DNA of 64,000 nt from Anthoceros angustus (GCA_010909165.1 VJWM01000106.1:744001-808000); one strand, 5' to 3'; counted from the first letter of the stretch, positions 1-13,420 are shown. Notes: generated from the sequence alone by a model not told the origin. Translations and numbers: made by a program.

Positions 1-12
1 AGGGAGACATCC

Positions 13-511
13 GTGACTGGTGAATGGGATCACATGCCCAACTCAGCGGTGATTGCTGCAATTGCCAACGGGCCACGTTTGAAAGTAAAGTCCTATCGTG
101 GCTTGGATTCTCATGGCTATCACTACCGGACTATTGAGGCGGATGAAAATCGGAAGCGACAGGACTCATGGGTTTACGGACGATTTCACATTCGCCAAGT
201 ATCGGCAGTATTACGGCGCATCCGCGAAATTCTAGATGTACGGTGCGATGGAGGGGCGTTCGGTTTTCATCTTGATGTGGAGTGGTATGAATGTGACATC
301 AGCGAGAGCCACCATCGTTGAAGCGGGATTTCTGGGTTCCATGTTGTGGACACGAGGCGGCCTTACGTTATCATCGCGATGCCGTGGGCCATTCACATTT
401 CACGCACATTTGAAGCGGTCTTGGCACATCCGATGTCATGCCCGCAAAAACTGGCCGGATGATCGCACCAATTCTCCCAAAATCGATGGGCGGAGTGAAT
501 TCAACTTTTAA
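13..511 (+). pseudogene. C-terminal (DUF4216-like) fragment of a second, divergent CACTA transposase
   Basis: ANGPRLKVKSYRGLDSHGYHYRTIEADENRKRQDSWVYGRF aligns with the minus-strand copy VNGPRQTVTTYRGLETMGYHFRTMAGDVNKRSTRDSWVFGTF; frameshifted. Confidence 0.7.
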
Positions 512-3404
512 TTATTCGGACATTACGAGTTTGATAGCCTCGAGCTTGCTTCCAACACTCTCTACACATCGACCGGTCCGAGCAAATTGCTTAAACAGAA
601 AATGCTTGTAGCTATGCGTGCCCTTTCCACTAGCCATATGTCGCATCATCAAGAGCATGTCCGTTTTGTCTAACACGTTCAAAATCCACGATCGATCAAG
701 TTCGGATGTCATGCCGGTGGAACCAACAACAATCGCTTGCAAGCCACACCTCGAGCTTTTCAAGACATCTAGGAACTCGCCGAATGCTTACTCCTTTCGC
801 AATGCCTTGCCCACATCTTTGTGTCCTCCACCGCAAGATTTTCAATCCCTACATGGAGTCGGAGGGCTCCGGGCGCCGACCCAACTCGGACTTCACAAGC
901 GGAATGTTGTGAGCGGCATTGGCACACTTATTCCTAAGACCTTGTCAAGTTCAAGCTTTAGAGCTATGGCGGACTTCAACCTCAAAGTGACGTCGTCGCG
1001 GCTTAGTGTTCGATCGTATTCTCAAACTCGCTCCCAATCGACAAGCCAAACTTCATTTGCCTCCCAATTTTCAACGAGCCTCTTGCCACGGCTGGTCCTT
1101 TTCTTATCCGAATCCTTTGAAATTGCTGCACCTTGTCTTCATGTTCAAGCGGCGAGGAACCCGGCACGCCATCCGCCACCACCTCTGGATGGCTATGTGA
1201 AGGTGCATCACCGCTTGAACGGCGGATGCTGACTTCGCACAGGCTTTGTTTGTGGCTCTCCATTGCCCTCCACGGTTGCACCAGCCACGAGCTTCATAAG
1301 TTGAAGGTGTGGCCCGCATTAGCAGCAACGGCTCACAAATTTACGTCACGGGTATCCGTATTCACAATGAGAATGGCGTGCGGTGGCGGTTGGCGGTGAC
1401 ATGTTGTGAGCTGCCTTCACGGTGACGGTATGCTCACGCGAACTCCGGAGTAAGCCTAAATGCGGAAGGCGCGTGCGATGCGTAACGGTCGTAATCCATG
1501 CCATGCACGGACGTGAAGATAGGGGTGGGGCGCCAATGTCATTGTCCGGACATCCGATGAGGAGCGTGTAAATGGATTACAATTTGAAATTGCGGGGAAG
1601 AAGGCAATGGAGCTGGGCATGACGTCATGCTCGATCGCAAGTTTGATGGGAAAATGTGCCGCCGCCTATTGCCAATCTACGGAGGAGATCGGATGTGACA
1701 AGCGCCAAATTTTCTTTGCACAACGACGGCATGTCGAAATGGCGCGAGATTGGGGGTGGGATGGTGACATGGGTACCCCGATCAAGACAATAATTTTGAC
1801 AAGGAGAGGAGGTCCTTGGCGAGAACATTTAGACGAGCTTGAACATGTGGCTACCACGGGAGGAGCAACCCCAAGACTTTGGACAACACGAGGAGGGACC
1901 GAGGCGGATGTAGGGATAGGCTGGCGGCCGGTGGCCGCCCTGGAAAAATGGGCTTCTCGATATGCGGTTGGCGGTATTGTCATGGGCACCGAGGCACGTT
2001 TGATCTTGTCGCAAAAGCGAAGGGAGACCAGTGCATTTGCCAGAGCTCATTCACCAGCATGGGAGGGATGTGGTTGAAGCTGAAATCAAGAGGCAAGCAA
2101 ACCTTGGGCGGAGAAGTCGGCAGAGGTGCCACACGCGCTGCTTTGGAGGGTTGGAGGGAGAGAAAGCTTCTTTCCAAAGACGCATGAACGAGCTTGTAGT
2201 AACGCTGGCATTGGGGTGTCATGGACTCAGCAGTGTGGATGTGCGGCGACAACTTGTGGAGTTGATGGCGTGAGTACCCAAGAGCCACAAACTGGATTGG
2301 ATTCGTCGCAAGTTTGTGAGGAGCGATCGGGAGGAATCATTATGTGATGAAGAGGGTAAGAGAGGGTGCAGGAAACCCGAAACAACGGAGATACAACAAG
2401 CGGTGATACCCGGAATGTTACAAGCCCAATTTCAAGCCACAGTAGAAGTGGCGTCAAGAGGCAGCTAGATGTGGGGAACATGGCGTGAAACAACAACACA
2501 AAGGCGCTCGAGGCCCGCATTGCGAAGCATGGTGCAATGAGCACAAATAAATATGGTCGAAAGGGAAGATGGCATCTAGGAATGAAGAGATGGAGTCGAG
2601 TGGGTAGGGGGTTTGTCCCTACTGGGAGATCAAGTGGTGAGTTGGACAGTCTGTAAATAAGATGCAGCCTATGATTTGATCTACACTCAATTAACGAGCG
2701 TTTGTGGGTGCTATGCAGGTGGGGTTGAACTGCTCGAACTACAAAGACAATGTGAGGGGCGAATTAACAATGCAGAGGGCATATCAAGAATGGGGGCTGA
2801 AGTTTCGGAGAGGACACCTCGAAGGCACAAATTTGCGGGATATGGACATGGTGTTGTCCTCCCAACCAAGCCAACCGCCCACAAACAGGAGGATCATCAC
2901 ACGAAAATACATGAAGCGAAAGTCGGTTAGTCTTTGGATGAGGCGCTTCTAGGTTGCTTGAATTTGTATGTCATGAGTTGCTATAATTCCGGGCATGTGA
3001 TTCCGAGGTGGGATTATGTTTGCATCTTGATGCAGCCTTCACGCGCCGGAGAGCACGAGCTCTCTACGATGATAGATCATGGGGATGATAGCCAAACAAA
3101 AGTGCCCTCCGGCAGGAATGGAAACGGTGCGGTGAAGGAGAAGAGGGCGAAGCAACGGATGCGGGCAGTGCAAGCATGCTATGTGAAGGAGAAGAGAGCG
3201 AAGCTTCCCCCACCTTCAATTCCTGCATCCCGATACGCGTAGGTCTAGCGGCAATTCAGTTGTCAACACGCAATTTGTTGCCGAGATTATAGAAACTCAT
3301 TAGGTGTAAGCAGAAAGTCGGGATGGCACGTACGTTGACCATACAGGATATTATATTATTATCCTAATATATTCGAAATTACACGCACAATTCAAATCCA
3401 AACT

Positions 3405-3452
3405 CACGTCGAGCGTGTAACCATGTGGCACGTCGAGCGTGTAACCATGTGG
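3405..3452. repeat. 2 x 24-bp perfect tandem repeat CACGTCGAGCGTGTAACCATGTGG
   Basis: Read directly at 3405-3428 and 3429-3452. Confidence 0.9.
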
Positions 3453-3572
3453 CGGCTGCACATTGCATCGATGTGTGAAGGTCGTACGTAGACGTGGCGA
3501 TCGTATACCACAGCAAAAGCATGGGGCGTACTCCAGCCCACAGCGGGTACGTACCGACAACAAACCCCCCTA

Positions 3573-6500
3573 TTACGTAATATTGTGATTACCGCGGAAA
3601 TGTGAAGGGCCCAGATTTGTGATCCCGCCTGTATCGATACACTCGCCTTGTGTCCACAGCCGTGAAGCCACTGATGTCCGGATGCATGGATACAGGGGTT
3701 GTGGATGTCTCACAGGCAAACCACTTGACGAGGAGGACGAAAGCAGTGAAGTCCGCCCCCTCAAACGGAACGTCCAAAATGTCCTCCACTTGCCCATAAA
3801 AAGAAACTGGCTGGTCCTCCATGTCAAAGGTGCCGAAAACCCAACTGTCTCGAGTGCTGCGCTTATTAACATCTCCGGCCATGGTGCGGAAGTGGTACCC
3901 CATGGTCTCTAAACCTCTGTATGTTGTAACCGTCTGCCGAGGGCCGTTGACTATTGCCCGTATGTCTTCATATCGAGCCATTCCAGCCCTGCGTTGGGAC
4001 ACCGACCTCCAGCCAACTCATGAGGTTTGTCCCGTCGGTGTCACTTGCTTCAAACTCGGTGATAGCCTCCAAGGCCTCGAATGCAATATGAAGTGCCAAT
4101 GAAGGCGCTTGATTTTTCTTTTTTCTTTTGGCTTTCCCAATTGGCGCTCTACCGAACGATCAATAGAAGTGTCTTTGAAATAGAGGCTTGCCGGTTCGTG
4201 GCCGGAAGTCGGATGCATAAAACATACTTTCCATGGCGGTACCACAGGCCATACTCCCTTCCGGCTTGGCATGTTGGCGGATGGATGCCTTCAGATGCAT
4301 ATGTCTCTCGATAGGGTACATCCAGGGCATGGATCAGGCTGTGAGTGGCCACCTCGTCGACAAGGTGGATGATCATGTCTGCATAGGATTCCACAACACG
4401 GACGGGTAACAACGCTCTAATTCCACCATGGTGTCCACCACTTTCTGCGCATTCTGGGATGTCTCGAGTTAATTGCTTTCGCAAATCCACTGTAGATGGG
4501 TGGCGAAGGAAGCATACTGGACCATTTAGGCGCCGCAAAGCTATTAGTAAAGCGCATTAGCGGTGCCAATCGTGGCTCTTCAACCCGGTCACTTTTGACC
4601 CCGAAAACAAATCGAGAGGTTAGACCCAAACGCAGTAGGTGGTCGCACCTTACACAACTCATCCTTCACGCCCTGAATGTCCGCCTTTGACAGCGCGTAG
4701 GAGGCCGCCGGAAGGTGGGCTTCCCCGGTGTCGTCAATCACTGGCCACAACCATGGCTTGGAGTCCAAATCCATCATGTCAATGCGTGAATTGTGCGTAT
4801 CCCATCGTCCACTCCATATGTGCCAGAAAGCTTGGCAATTGTTGACCTCTGTGTGCATTACATCCCCCACTTGGGTATTGATGATGATAGGGCAAGTTGT
4901 CAATGAAAGCGGACCTTGGTGGCGCCCGGGCCCCGTGTGCCACTGTCACCCGGGGGCTAGCAAATTCACATTTCTTGGATGATGTCACGGTGGCGGAGAG
5001 AGGCGGTCGCGATTCCACATTGTTATTGAAATAGTCGCCTTCTTTAGGATCATCTTCGTGGGACACCACCGGCGTTTCCGTCACAAACAATCTTGTCCAA
5101 CGCATGCGACCAGCGTGGTACAAAGAGGTCCATAATGTGCGGTAACGAACTTGCAACCCAAAAGGGCACCAATCCGGGGTAATCACATGTTGCATGGAGA
5201 AGGGCGGCAAGGTGGAAGAAGTGAAGCGGATCCGTCTTGACTTTGAAAAATCTGCTGCACACCAACCCATAGCATGGCCAGCTCCTCTAAGGTTGAGGTA
5301 GACATCCAAATTCTTGACTGTTTGGCCCGGCACAATAAGCGGCATCGAATCGTTGCTTCTTTGTAGTCGACCACGGCGGAGGTTGTGGATGTCTCACGGG
5401 CAAACCACTTGACGAGGAGGACGAAGTCCGCCCCTCAAACGGCGTCAAAATGTCCTCCACTTGCCCATAAAAAGCGGCTGGTCCTCCATGTCAAAGGTGC
5501 GAAAACCAAGCGTCTCGAGTCTGCGCTTATTAACATCTCCGGCCATGGTGCGGAAGTGGTACCCCATGGTCTCTAAACCTCTATGTGTTGTAACCGTCCG
5601 AGGGCCGTTGACTATTGCCGTATGTCTTCATATCGAGCCATTCCAGCCCTGCGTTGGGACACCGACCTCCAGCCAACTCATGAGGTTTGTCCGTCGGTGT
5701 CACTTGCTTCAAACTCGGTGATAGCCTCCAAGGCCTCGAATGCAATATGAAGTGCCAATGAAGGCGCTCATGATAGCACTTTTTTCTTTTGGGCTTTCCC
5801 AATTGGCGCTCACAACGATCAATAGAAGTGTCTGAAATAGAGAGCTTGCCTGTGGTTCGTGGCCGCCGAAGTCGGATGCATAAAACATACTTTCCATGGC
5901 GTACCCGTGGCCATACTCCTTCCGGCTTGGCATGTTGGCGGATGGATCGCTTCGCACATGCATATGTCTCTCGATAGGGTACATCCAGGGCATGGATCGG
6001 TTGGTGAGTGGCCACCTCGTCGACAAGGTGGATGATCATGTGCATAGGATTCCACAACACGGACGGGTAACAACGCTCTAATTCCACCATGGTGTCCACT
6101 ACCGCGCATTGCGGATGTCTCGCGGGTTAATTGCTTTCCGCAAATCCACCAGATGGAGCTGAGGACGGAAGCATACCGACCATTTAGCGCCTGCATAAAG
6201 CTATTGGGAAGTAAATCGCATTAGCGGTGCCAATCGTGGCTCTTCAACCCGGTCACTTTTGACCCCAAACAAATCGAGAGGTTAGACCCAAACGCAGAGG
6301 TGGTCGCACCCATACAACTCATCCTTCACGCCTGAATGTCCGCCTTTGACTAGTAGGAGGCCAAGGTGGGCTTCCGTGTCGTCAATCACGCCACAACCAT
6401 GGCTTGGAGTCCAAATCCATCATGTCAATGCGTGAATTGTGCGATCCCATCGCCCACTCCATATGTGCGAAAGCTTGGCAATTGTTGACCTCTGTGCATT

Positions 6501-7700
6501 ACATCCTTCAGCCACAACTTGGGTATTGATGATGATAGGGCAAGTTGTCAATGAAAGCGGACCTTGGGTGACGCCTGTGCCCTTCCAGTGCCGCCACCCG
6601 GGGCGCAAAATTCGACATTTCTTGGATGATGTCCTGACGGAGAGGCGGAGGTCGCAGTTCCACATTGTTATTGAAATAGTCGTGACTGACCGCTAGGATC
6701 ATCTTGTGACACCACCGTTTCACACAAACAATCTTGTCCAACGTGATGACCAGGCTGTGCAAAAAGAGGTCCAGAATCGAAACACAGGTAACCAACTTGC
6801 AACCCAAAAGGGCACCAATCCGGTAATCACATGTTGCATGGAGAAGGGCAGCAAGGTGGAAGAAGTGAAGCGGATCCGTCTTGACTTTGAAAAATCTGCT
6901 GCCACACCAACCCATAGCATGGCCAGCTCCTCTAACGGGGTTGGAGGTAGACATCCAAATTCTTGACTGTTTGGCCCGGCACAATAAGCGGCATCGAATC
7001 GTTGCTTCTTTGTAGTCGACCACGGCGGAGGTTGTGGATGAAAAGCAGAACAGGCCATATAAGAGTATGAAGCGGACCGGTGACCGCTAGGATTGAACCC
7101 GTCTGTGGAGATGCCAAGGCGGATATTCCAATCTTCTAGCCCAAAATCATCAACTGCGTCCAAGCTACTCCAAGCAGGGTTATCGGCCATGATTCGCATT
7201 TGGCCGTCGACACTCCGGTGCTCCCTCCACCAAGTGAGCTGGCGGGCAGTGGATCGACAGGCGTACAGTCTCCGTAGACGGTTAGTGACAGGAAAATAAA
7301 ACATGGTTTTGCGGGGAATAGACTGACCGGTAGCACCAATCCGGAATTGTGGCTCATCGCAAAACTCGCCGTATGGCGGCCGAGGTCCCGAGCGACGCAA
7401 TCCCCACACCTGCCAAGCGTCGGACGCATCCATAGCCTATGTGCAACAACATTTTCCTCACATCGCGCTCGGTATCGTTTGATTTTGGCGAGAATGGAAG
7501 TTGACAAGGAAAATAGCGGACATGCGTCGAGATCTTGAAGCGGTCTGAATGTTGAGCAACGCGAGCGAGCCCTTGTATCTTTGGCATCCTCGGACCCGTG
7601 GTATCCAGTGAGATGCCTCTGTTCCCAATCCAGGCCGGGACGAGAACACACCAGCAATGCTCTCATCCGTGGCCCGTCAGCGCGCATCCATATCTGCACC
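3573..7700 (-). pseudogene. CACTA TnpD-like transposase (Transposase_21 + DUF4218 + DUF4216), multiply frameshifted and internally duplicated
   Basis: Motifs FYFPVTNRLRRLY...DGQMRIMADNPAW...NIRLGISTDGFNP, IWPVLLFIHNL..PLIVPG...KNLDVYLQP, MHMIIHLVDEVA..P..WMYPIER, and GYHFRT...YGQVEDIL...LVKWF. Confidence 0.9.
3697..7040. repeat. Tandem duplication (~1.65-1.68 kb) inside the CACTA transposase
   Basis: Units start at 3697 and 5381; the junction microhomology GGTTGTGGATG occurs at 3697, 5381 and 7030. Confidence 0.9.
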
Positions 7701-8852
7701 GTCGCAAATGGGAGTCACGAGAGCTGCGCAGTGCGCGCCACCGAAGGCCCCATCATGTCGTGGGCTGCCGAGGAAGAGTCCGCAGCGTCACAGGACACTG
7801 TTCATCCGGAGGTTGGGGGTGGAAAGGAGACCCTCCACAGTGCACGGGCACAGCACACGAGCAATGGAGAAGGTGAGAGCGCAGTGGGGTGGTCTACCAC
7901 CACCGGCGAGGCATAGCAATGCGCAGGAAATGGCTAACCTCGGCAAGCAGGCGGGCCCAAGAACGCTCGTGTCGCAACGCGATGTCCTGCCGAATCGGAT
8001 GTGTGCTGCCATCGCAACCCGGACATTGGCACAAAACCCGGGGAATTTGCCGATTACTGTATGGGATGTCCATCGGAGCTGGTCCGAGATATGGGAAAGG
8101 CGCACAGCTACCTCTACTGCCTACAGGGGGAGGGGAGGGGAGGGGGAGGCGGGGTGGAGGGAGAGGAGAGACAGAGCCGTTAAGCAGGGTCACGGGCCAC
8201 CGTCACAGGGCCGTGGTCCGTCCACCTGAACTCACGCCCCTTCGTCTGCCCAACGGATCCATCGGCCGGCGATGAAATGCATCGACTGTTCACGGTCAAG
8301 CTGGCGAGACAACAACTGGGAACCGGTGTTGAGGTTGTTCCCCCCGGTTTCGTCGGACGGGTTACGGCGGAACCCAAACCCAGCAATACCTCACGGTGAG
8401 GCGTTATCGTGCGATATATGACGTAGAACAGTGCGGAGGTTCGCCATAAAAGAATTGACGAGAATACGAAATCGTCTTAGGTCCGATAAAGCGCCTTATA
8501 CATATGATGACCTATAATACCCCCACCGTCATATACCACTTGTCATAAGGTGTGGCGATACGGGATGCGGGTGGACGACGGGTGTCCGATGGACATGCAC
8601 AACTGCTTGGGATATTTGCCCGGCTACCAGCCGGACGGGAAGATTGGGCACAATCCGGCGAGATGGTAACGCCCGGCTCAACTGTATGCACGCGACCGTC
8701 CGGCCATGGGTTACCCAAGAACTCACTCGCTTCCACGTCAAAGCAGATTCACGCACTAACAAAGACGCAAGATTGACACGGTGGGCTCACCACCGGTGCG
8801 TCAAATGGCACACGGAGGCATCAAATCGGCGTTATTAAACACGTCTTATAAC

Positions 8853-8871
8853 GGCCTGCATTGTAGTAGTG
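8853..8871 (-). repeat. CACTA terminal inverted repeat (5'-CACTACTACAATGCAGGCC)
   Basis: Reverse complement of ggcctgcattgtagtagtg; similarity to copia gag stops exactly here. Confidence 0.8.
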
Positions 8872-9465
8872 TGAAGACCCCACCATTGTGTCCAACTGGC
8901 GAGACTCTTTCGCCAACATCTTAGAGGTGACCTCCTCCCATGTGAGGGTGTCTTGGGCTACTAGGAAATCTATGAACCCTGACCAAGCTTCGGGCATAGA
9001 ACGATATAGAAACATCTTCTGTATGTCCTCTTGGATAGCAAAGCGCCATACATGCTAGCGTCAGCCAGTTGTGAGTCGATGTGCTTGGCAAATCGTCCTC
9101 AATACTTCAATGTCATCACACAACAAAACAAGTGAAATACTTCACCGCTCCCTTCTCGCCATATTTCTCATTGAGAAGATTCCAAATGTACTCGCCTTTT
9201 GTCGGTTCTCACCTTCAGGACTGCAGAGATTCATATAGGAGAGTCAGACCTTGTGGTCTCTCCGCATCCATTCTCTCTGCTCTCTCCCCTCATCTTCGGG
9301 TTTCGGCTCTTTGCCCTCGGCAATGCCATACACGTCCTCTGCCATTAGCAGAACCTTCATGGACCTTTTCCATACATGGAACTCCGCTCCATCAAACACC
9401 AGCATCCTCAAGGCCGCGGTGGTAACTGAGCCCATCGCCATCACAACTCCGTCCTCTTTTATCAA
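8872..9465 (-). pseudogene. Copia gag (UBN2/Retrotran_gag_2-like), disrupted
   Basis: LVFDGAEFHVWKRSMKVLLMAEDVYGIAEGKEPKPED...EWMRRDHK and FLYRSMPEAWSGFIDFLVAQDTLTWEEVTSKMLAKESR. Confidence 0.85.
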
Positions 9466-9485
9466 GTCTTGCGATTAGTGTTCTT

Positions 9486-9497
9486 GCTCTGATACCA
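9486..9497 (-). other. Primer-binding site complementary to the tRNA-iMet 3' end
   Basis: Minus strand reads TGGTATCAGAGC immediately after the LTR. Confidence 0.9.
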
Positions 9498-9767
9498 TAT
9501 AAGAACCAGCTCAGACACAACACAGCCTGGGCAACGCACAGGATCAACACAGTTAATAGACACAAGCAGAGGCAATGGATGGCACACGCAATGGTACCAC
9601 TGGCTTAGATAGACTCCAAAGTACTAGTCAATATGGTGCACAGGGTGCTACATATATAGCCCTTAGGCTAGGCAACTATCGAGGAGGTAAGCCCTAGACT
9701 CGAGAGTGCAATATCCTAGTATATCCTAATATACTAGAGTAAGTAGCACTGGATTGAATCTCTAACA
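9498..9767 (-). repeat. Copia 5' LTR (~270 bp)
   Basis: Begins TGTTAGAG, has a CTATATAT TATA-like box, and ends TTCTTATA next to the PBS (non-canonical TA instead of CA). Confidence 0.7.
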
Positions 9768-9880
9768 CCGTTGCGATCTTTTCCGGTTCCCGGCCCGCTC
9801 CCGCTCCTGCTCCCTATTAAGCCTGGACAAGGAGAATCACCAAGTGGTTGAACTCTGGACTTGAATTGAGGGCTGCTAAG

Positions 9881-10915
9881 ATGATGCCGGAGCCTCTATC
9901 TGTCTCCCTAGAGACGGGGACGGGGGCTCCCACGAAGGGCATCCCCCCCCTTCCCTCCCTTCCCTCCCTTCCTGGGACGATGCGCGGCACGATGACGATG
10001 CAGCCGTAATACAAGCTCGACGGCTGGTCCATTGGATCAGATACTGTCACAGGGTATTCTAGCGTAGGCTGGACAGGCTCAACGGTGGTTGATTCCTCTC
10101 GCATCAGATCAACGGGTATCGGACATGGAGTGGGTCACTACATTATGATATTTCCCCCATATTGAATCCAGTGTGCGCAACAGACTATTGAGCGAGAAAG
10201 TGCTTTACGTGATTTAGTCTAGGTATGTGCTAGCTATGTAGTCTAATTGGTATGATCACCTCTGCTGTTTGCAGATGGAAGCATACGACTAGCCAGCTGT
10301 GGCGTTTCAACTGTTTTGGCCAAATGAGATATAACAATGCGATGGAGCACTGCAAAAGGGAATACTTGAATGTTGTTGAAGCGCAACAGTGTGGAGGAGG
10401 AGGTAGCCAGGGATGAAGCTCTTAGGCGCCTGAACCAGTACTGGAACGGGGAGTATCTGCCAGACTGCGAACGCGAGCACTGAATGTGTTCCAGGGTTGG
10501 TATTGGGCACTCCATAAATCGAAGCTTGGTCAGCACGTCCGTCGACTTCGACTGTCTTCGTGAACGCTGGAATGGTTCTCGTGAACGCTGGGATGGTTCT
10601 CGTGAACGCTCGGACTGGCCAGTGAACCCGGAATTCCGCCAGGGCCAGCACTCTCACCAGCGCAAGACCCTGAACCGGCAGCTCAGGGACATTAAGCCGC
10701 GGCAGCCTTCGTGTCCGTACTACATGCGGCGGGGGCGAATGCGGGCTGCTCCCTACTTCGAACGCCCGAACCCTTCTCTTTGGCCAAGTTTGCAATCTTC
10801 AGGAAGGGCTGGCAATTTGAAAGCAGCTGCAGCCTTGGAGAAAGAAATGAAACCTCGATATACGTCCTTGGCTCGAGAAACGGATGACATTGAAACGCGC
10901 TTTCTGCTTAGGTAG
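9881..10915 (+). pseudogene. Orphan array gene, degenerate copy
   Basis: Homologous to 14339-15189 with the same GT/AG junctions (GAGTGG|GTCACT ... TTGCAG|ATGGAA) but with stops and frameshifts; 3 x 21-bp in-frame repeat at 10558-10620. Confidence 0.8.
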
Positions 10916-11070
10916 TCACGATTGGATGCGGTGAACAAAAACTTTTGGGTGCAGATGAAGGAGCAGGCAGGCGAGAAGCATCATTCGGTGAAGAAACTGC
11001 ACGATAAGAATTAGCAGCATTCTGGTCTGCCCTTCTTGATATGATGGTCGCACGCAGGTGCTCTCCCTTG

Positions 11071-12534
11071 TCATTGTCGTGGAGGATGGCTTTCATGCCC
11101 AACCAAATAACTGCGCACCCGCCCGTCCGTGTCTGTCCACCAGCTCAGACCCGGCTGTTTCCATGCCCTGATTTTTTTCTTCGTGCCCTGCATCTCCTGT
11201 GCCTGCTCCCACATCTGAGCACATCTATACATGTTGGTCTCCTCTTTTGCTGATTTGTGCATGAAGCTGCTTCCCCACCTCCAACGCTGCGCTGCCTACA
11301 CGTGCACATGCCTGTAGAAGGCACACAAATGTCACCAAGTCGGATGCAACTATCCCTTCTTCTTGCATATCTCTGTAGAGTTGAAGGGCTTCCTGGCCCA
11401 TGCCCCGCTGGGAATACCCTCCGATAAGAGCAGTCCAAGTCACCATATCTTTCCTATCAAGTCAGGCAAACACGCTGTAAGCATCCTCTAGGCTGCCACA
11501 CTTTGCATACATATCGACCGAACTGTTGGCTACAACCACATCAGCTTGATGCCCTAGTTCCCTAATTTGTGTGTGAAGCTGCTTAATTACCGATCTCCAA
11601 ACCTGCAACGCCCACACTTGCACATGCATTCAGGAGGTAAACAAATGTCATGGGATGGGGTACAGGGATGTCCTCGTCTTGCATGGCACTCTAAAGGTGA
11701 AGAGCTTCCTGAGCCATGCACTGCTGGGAGTACCCCGATATCATGGCATTCCACGCCACCACATCCTCCTGGCTAATTCCATCAAATACAACTTGAGCAT
11801 CTTCCACGCTGCCACACTTTGCATACATGTCTACCCAACTGTTGGCTACAAAGACATGGCCTTGTAGCCCTCGTTCTGTAATCTGTGCATGAATCTCCTT
11901 CCCTGTCTCCAAAGGAGGGGTACCCACACTTGCGCATGCCTGCAAGAGGCACACAACCGTCACAGAATCAGGTGCAGCCATCTCTGCTCGCATAGCACAG
12001 TACAATCACAGGGATTCGTGGCCCATGCCCAGCTGCGAGTACCCTGCTAGCATGGCATTCCATGTTACCACATCCTTCCCACCAAGTCCATCGAGGACTC
12101 GCTGGGCATCTTCCAAGCTCCCGCACTTTGCATACATGTCCACCAAGCCACTACAGACAAACAAATCAGGCTCAACCCCACTGGCCACCACATTTGCATG
12201 CCTAGCTTCCAAGTCTAATCCCCTTGCACAAGCTTGAAGGGTCGCCACAAACACATGACCATCTGGCTTTACGTTGGGCCCCCGCATCCGACGATGCAGT
12301 GTATGGCCTGCTTCTCTTCTCCATACTTCACATACGCAGAAATGATGGAAGACTACATGAAGGCATCAGGTACAGCTACCATTGCAAACACATCCATCGC
12401 ATCTTGCAACCTTCCATGTGACGCATACATTCGCAGGATGTGATTGCACTGGAACGTATTCGACTCGCACCCGATTCTCACCGACTCTGCGACATAAAAC
12501 AATATCCCTCTTCATCACACATTTCCTCACAACA
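11071..12534 (-). pseudogene. Degenerate, internally deleted and 5'-truncated paralog of the PLS-PPR gene at 24775-28428
   Basis: Same C-terminus WKQPGLSWWTDTDGRVRSYLVGHESHPPRQ* and the same PLS motifs; frameshifts; similarity ends at ~12534 where copia sequence begins. Confidence 0.9.
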
Positions 12535-13420
12535 TGCATCGGAAAGAAGGTAACTAGAAATCGCATTGATAAGTGGTTACATCTGAGTCAAACCCAACAC
12601 ATCAAAAACACTCTAACTCGATTCAATATGTTCGAGTGCAAGCCTGCATCCACTTCGCTTGCAGTGTGTGCGCCCTTGACACAGGCACCCAAGGATGATG
12701 AAGAACGGAAGTATGTGGAGTCCATCCCGTATCAGGAAGCTGTTGGTCGGATTAATTGGATAGGGACAACATTGAGGCCTGACCTTAGCCTCTCCGTGCG
12801 TGTCCAGGCCCAACAGATCGAAAACCCCGGCCCGGCTCATTAGTCGGCACTCAAACGTACTCTACGCTATCTGAAGGGGACAATGACCCATGGGCTTCTG
12901 TTTAAGGGCCCTCCAGCGAACTGTCCTGCGGTTAATCTCATCCCTCAACTGTACACTTATACGGATGCCGATTGGGGGAGATGTGGATTCGATGAAATCC
13001 ACTTCGGGATTCGCATTGATGTTATGCAAGGCTGCAATCGATTGGGGATGGAAGAGGCAAACTGCAATCGCCCTCTCTTCCACAGAATCCCAATACATGG
13101 CAGCTACGCAAGCAGCAAAGCGGGTTGTAGATCGTGTACGTCTTCTTGAAGAACTAGGTCTGGAACAGCTGAAGCCTGCCTGTGAGGATTAAGATCGACA
13201 ACCAATCTACCCTTGCTCTTGTGGGGAATCCGAAGTTCAGCTCAAGGTCAAAGCACATTGACTTGCAATATCACTACGTTCGTGAGAAATGTGCAGCAGG
13301 AGGGATGGAACTGTGTCACTGTGGAGATTCACTCCAACCCTGACCATGCGTTACCTAGTTTCTCCCAAGCCTCCTGGTACTGGAGTTCCAGGCGAGCCTC
13401 AATTGGAGTCAATTTGGCGT
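12535..13420 (+). mobile_element. Ty1/copia pol fragment (RT C-terminus + RNase H), degenerate
   Basis: LSQTQHIKNTLTRFNMFECKPAST...PYQEAVG...RPDLS...ENPGPAH*SALKRTLRYLKGT...YTDADW..KSTSGF...KRQTAIALSSTESQYMAATQAAK...RSKHID; a possible LTR start TGTTAGGG at 13422. Confidence 0.9.

Larger units (their letters stand above)
1..8871 (-). mobile_element. CACTA (En/Spm) DNA transposon; 5' terminus at 8871, other end outside or not found in the window
   Basis: The minus strand begins CACTACTACAATGCAGG at 8871. Internal sequence encodes Transposase_21, DUF4218- and DUF4216-type segments. The left boundary is not visible. Confidence 0.8.
8872..9767 (-). mobile_element. Ty1/copia LTR retrotransposon 5' part (LTR, PBS, gag), interrupted by the CACTA element
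   Basis: LTR starts TGTTAGA at 9767, followed by the PBS and a gag ORF. Confidence 0.85.
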
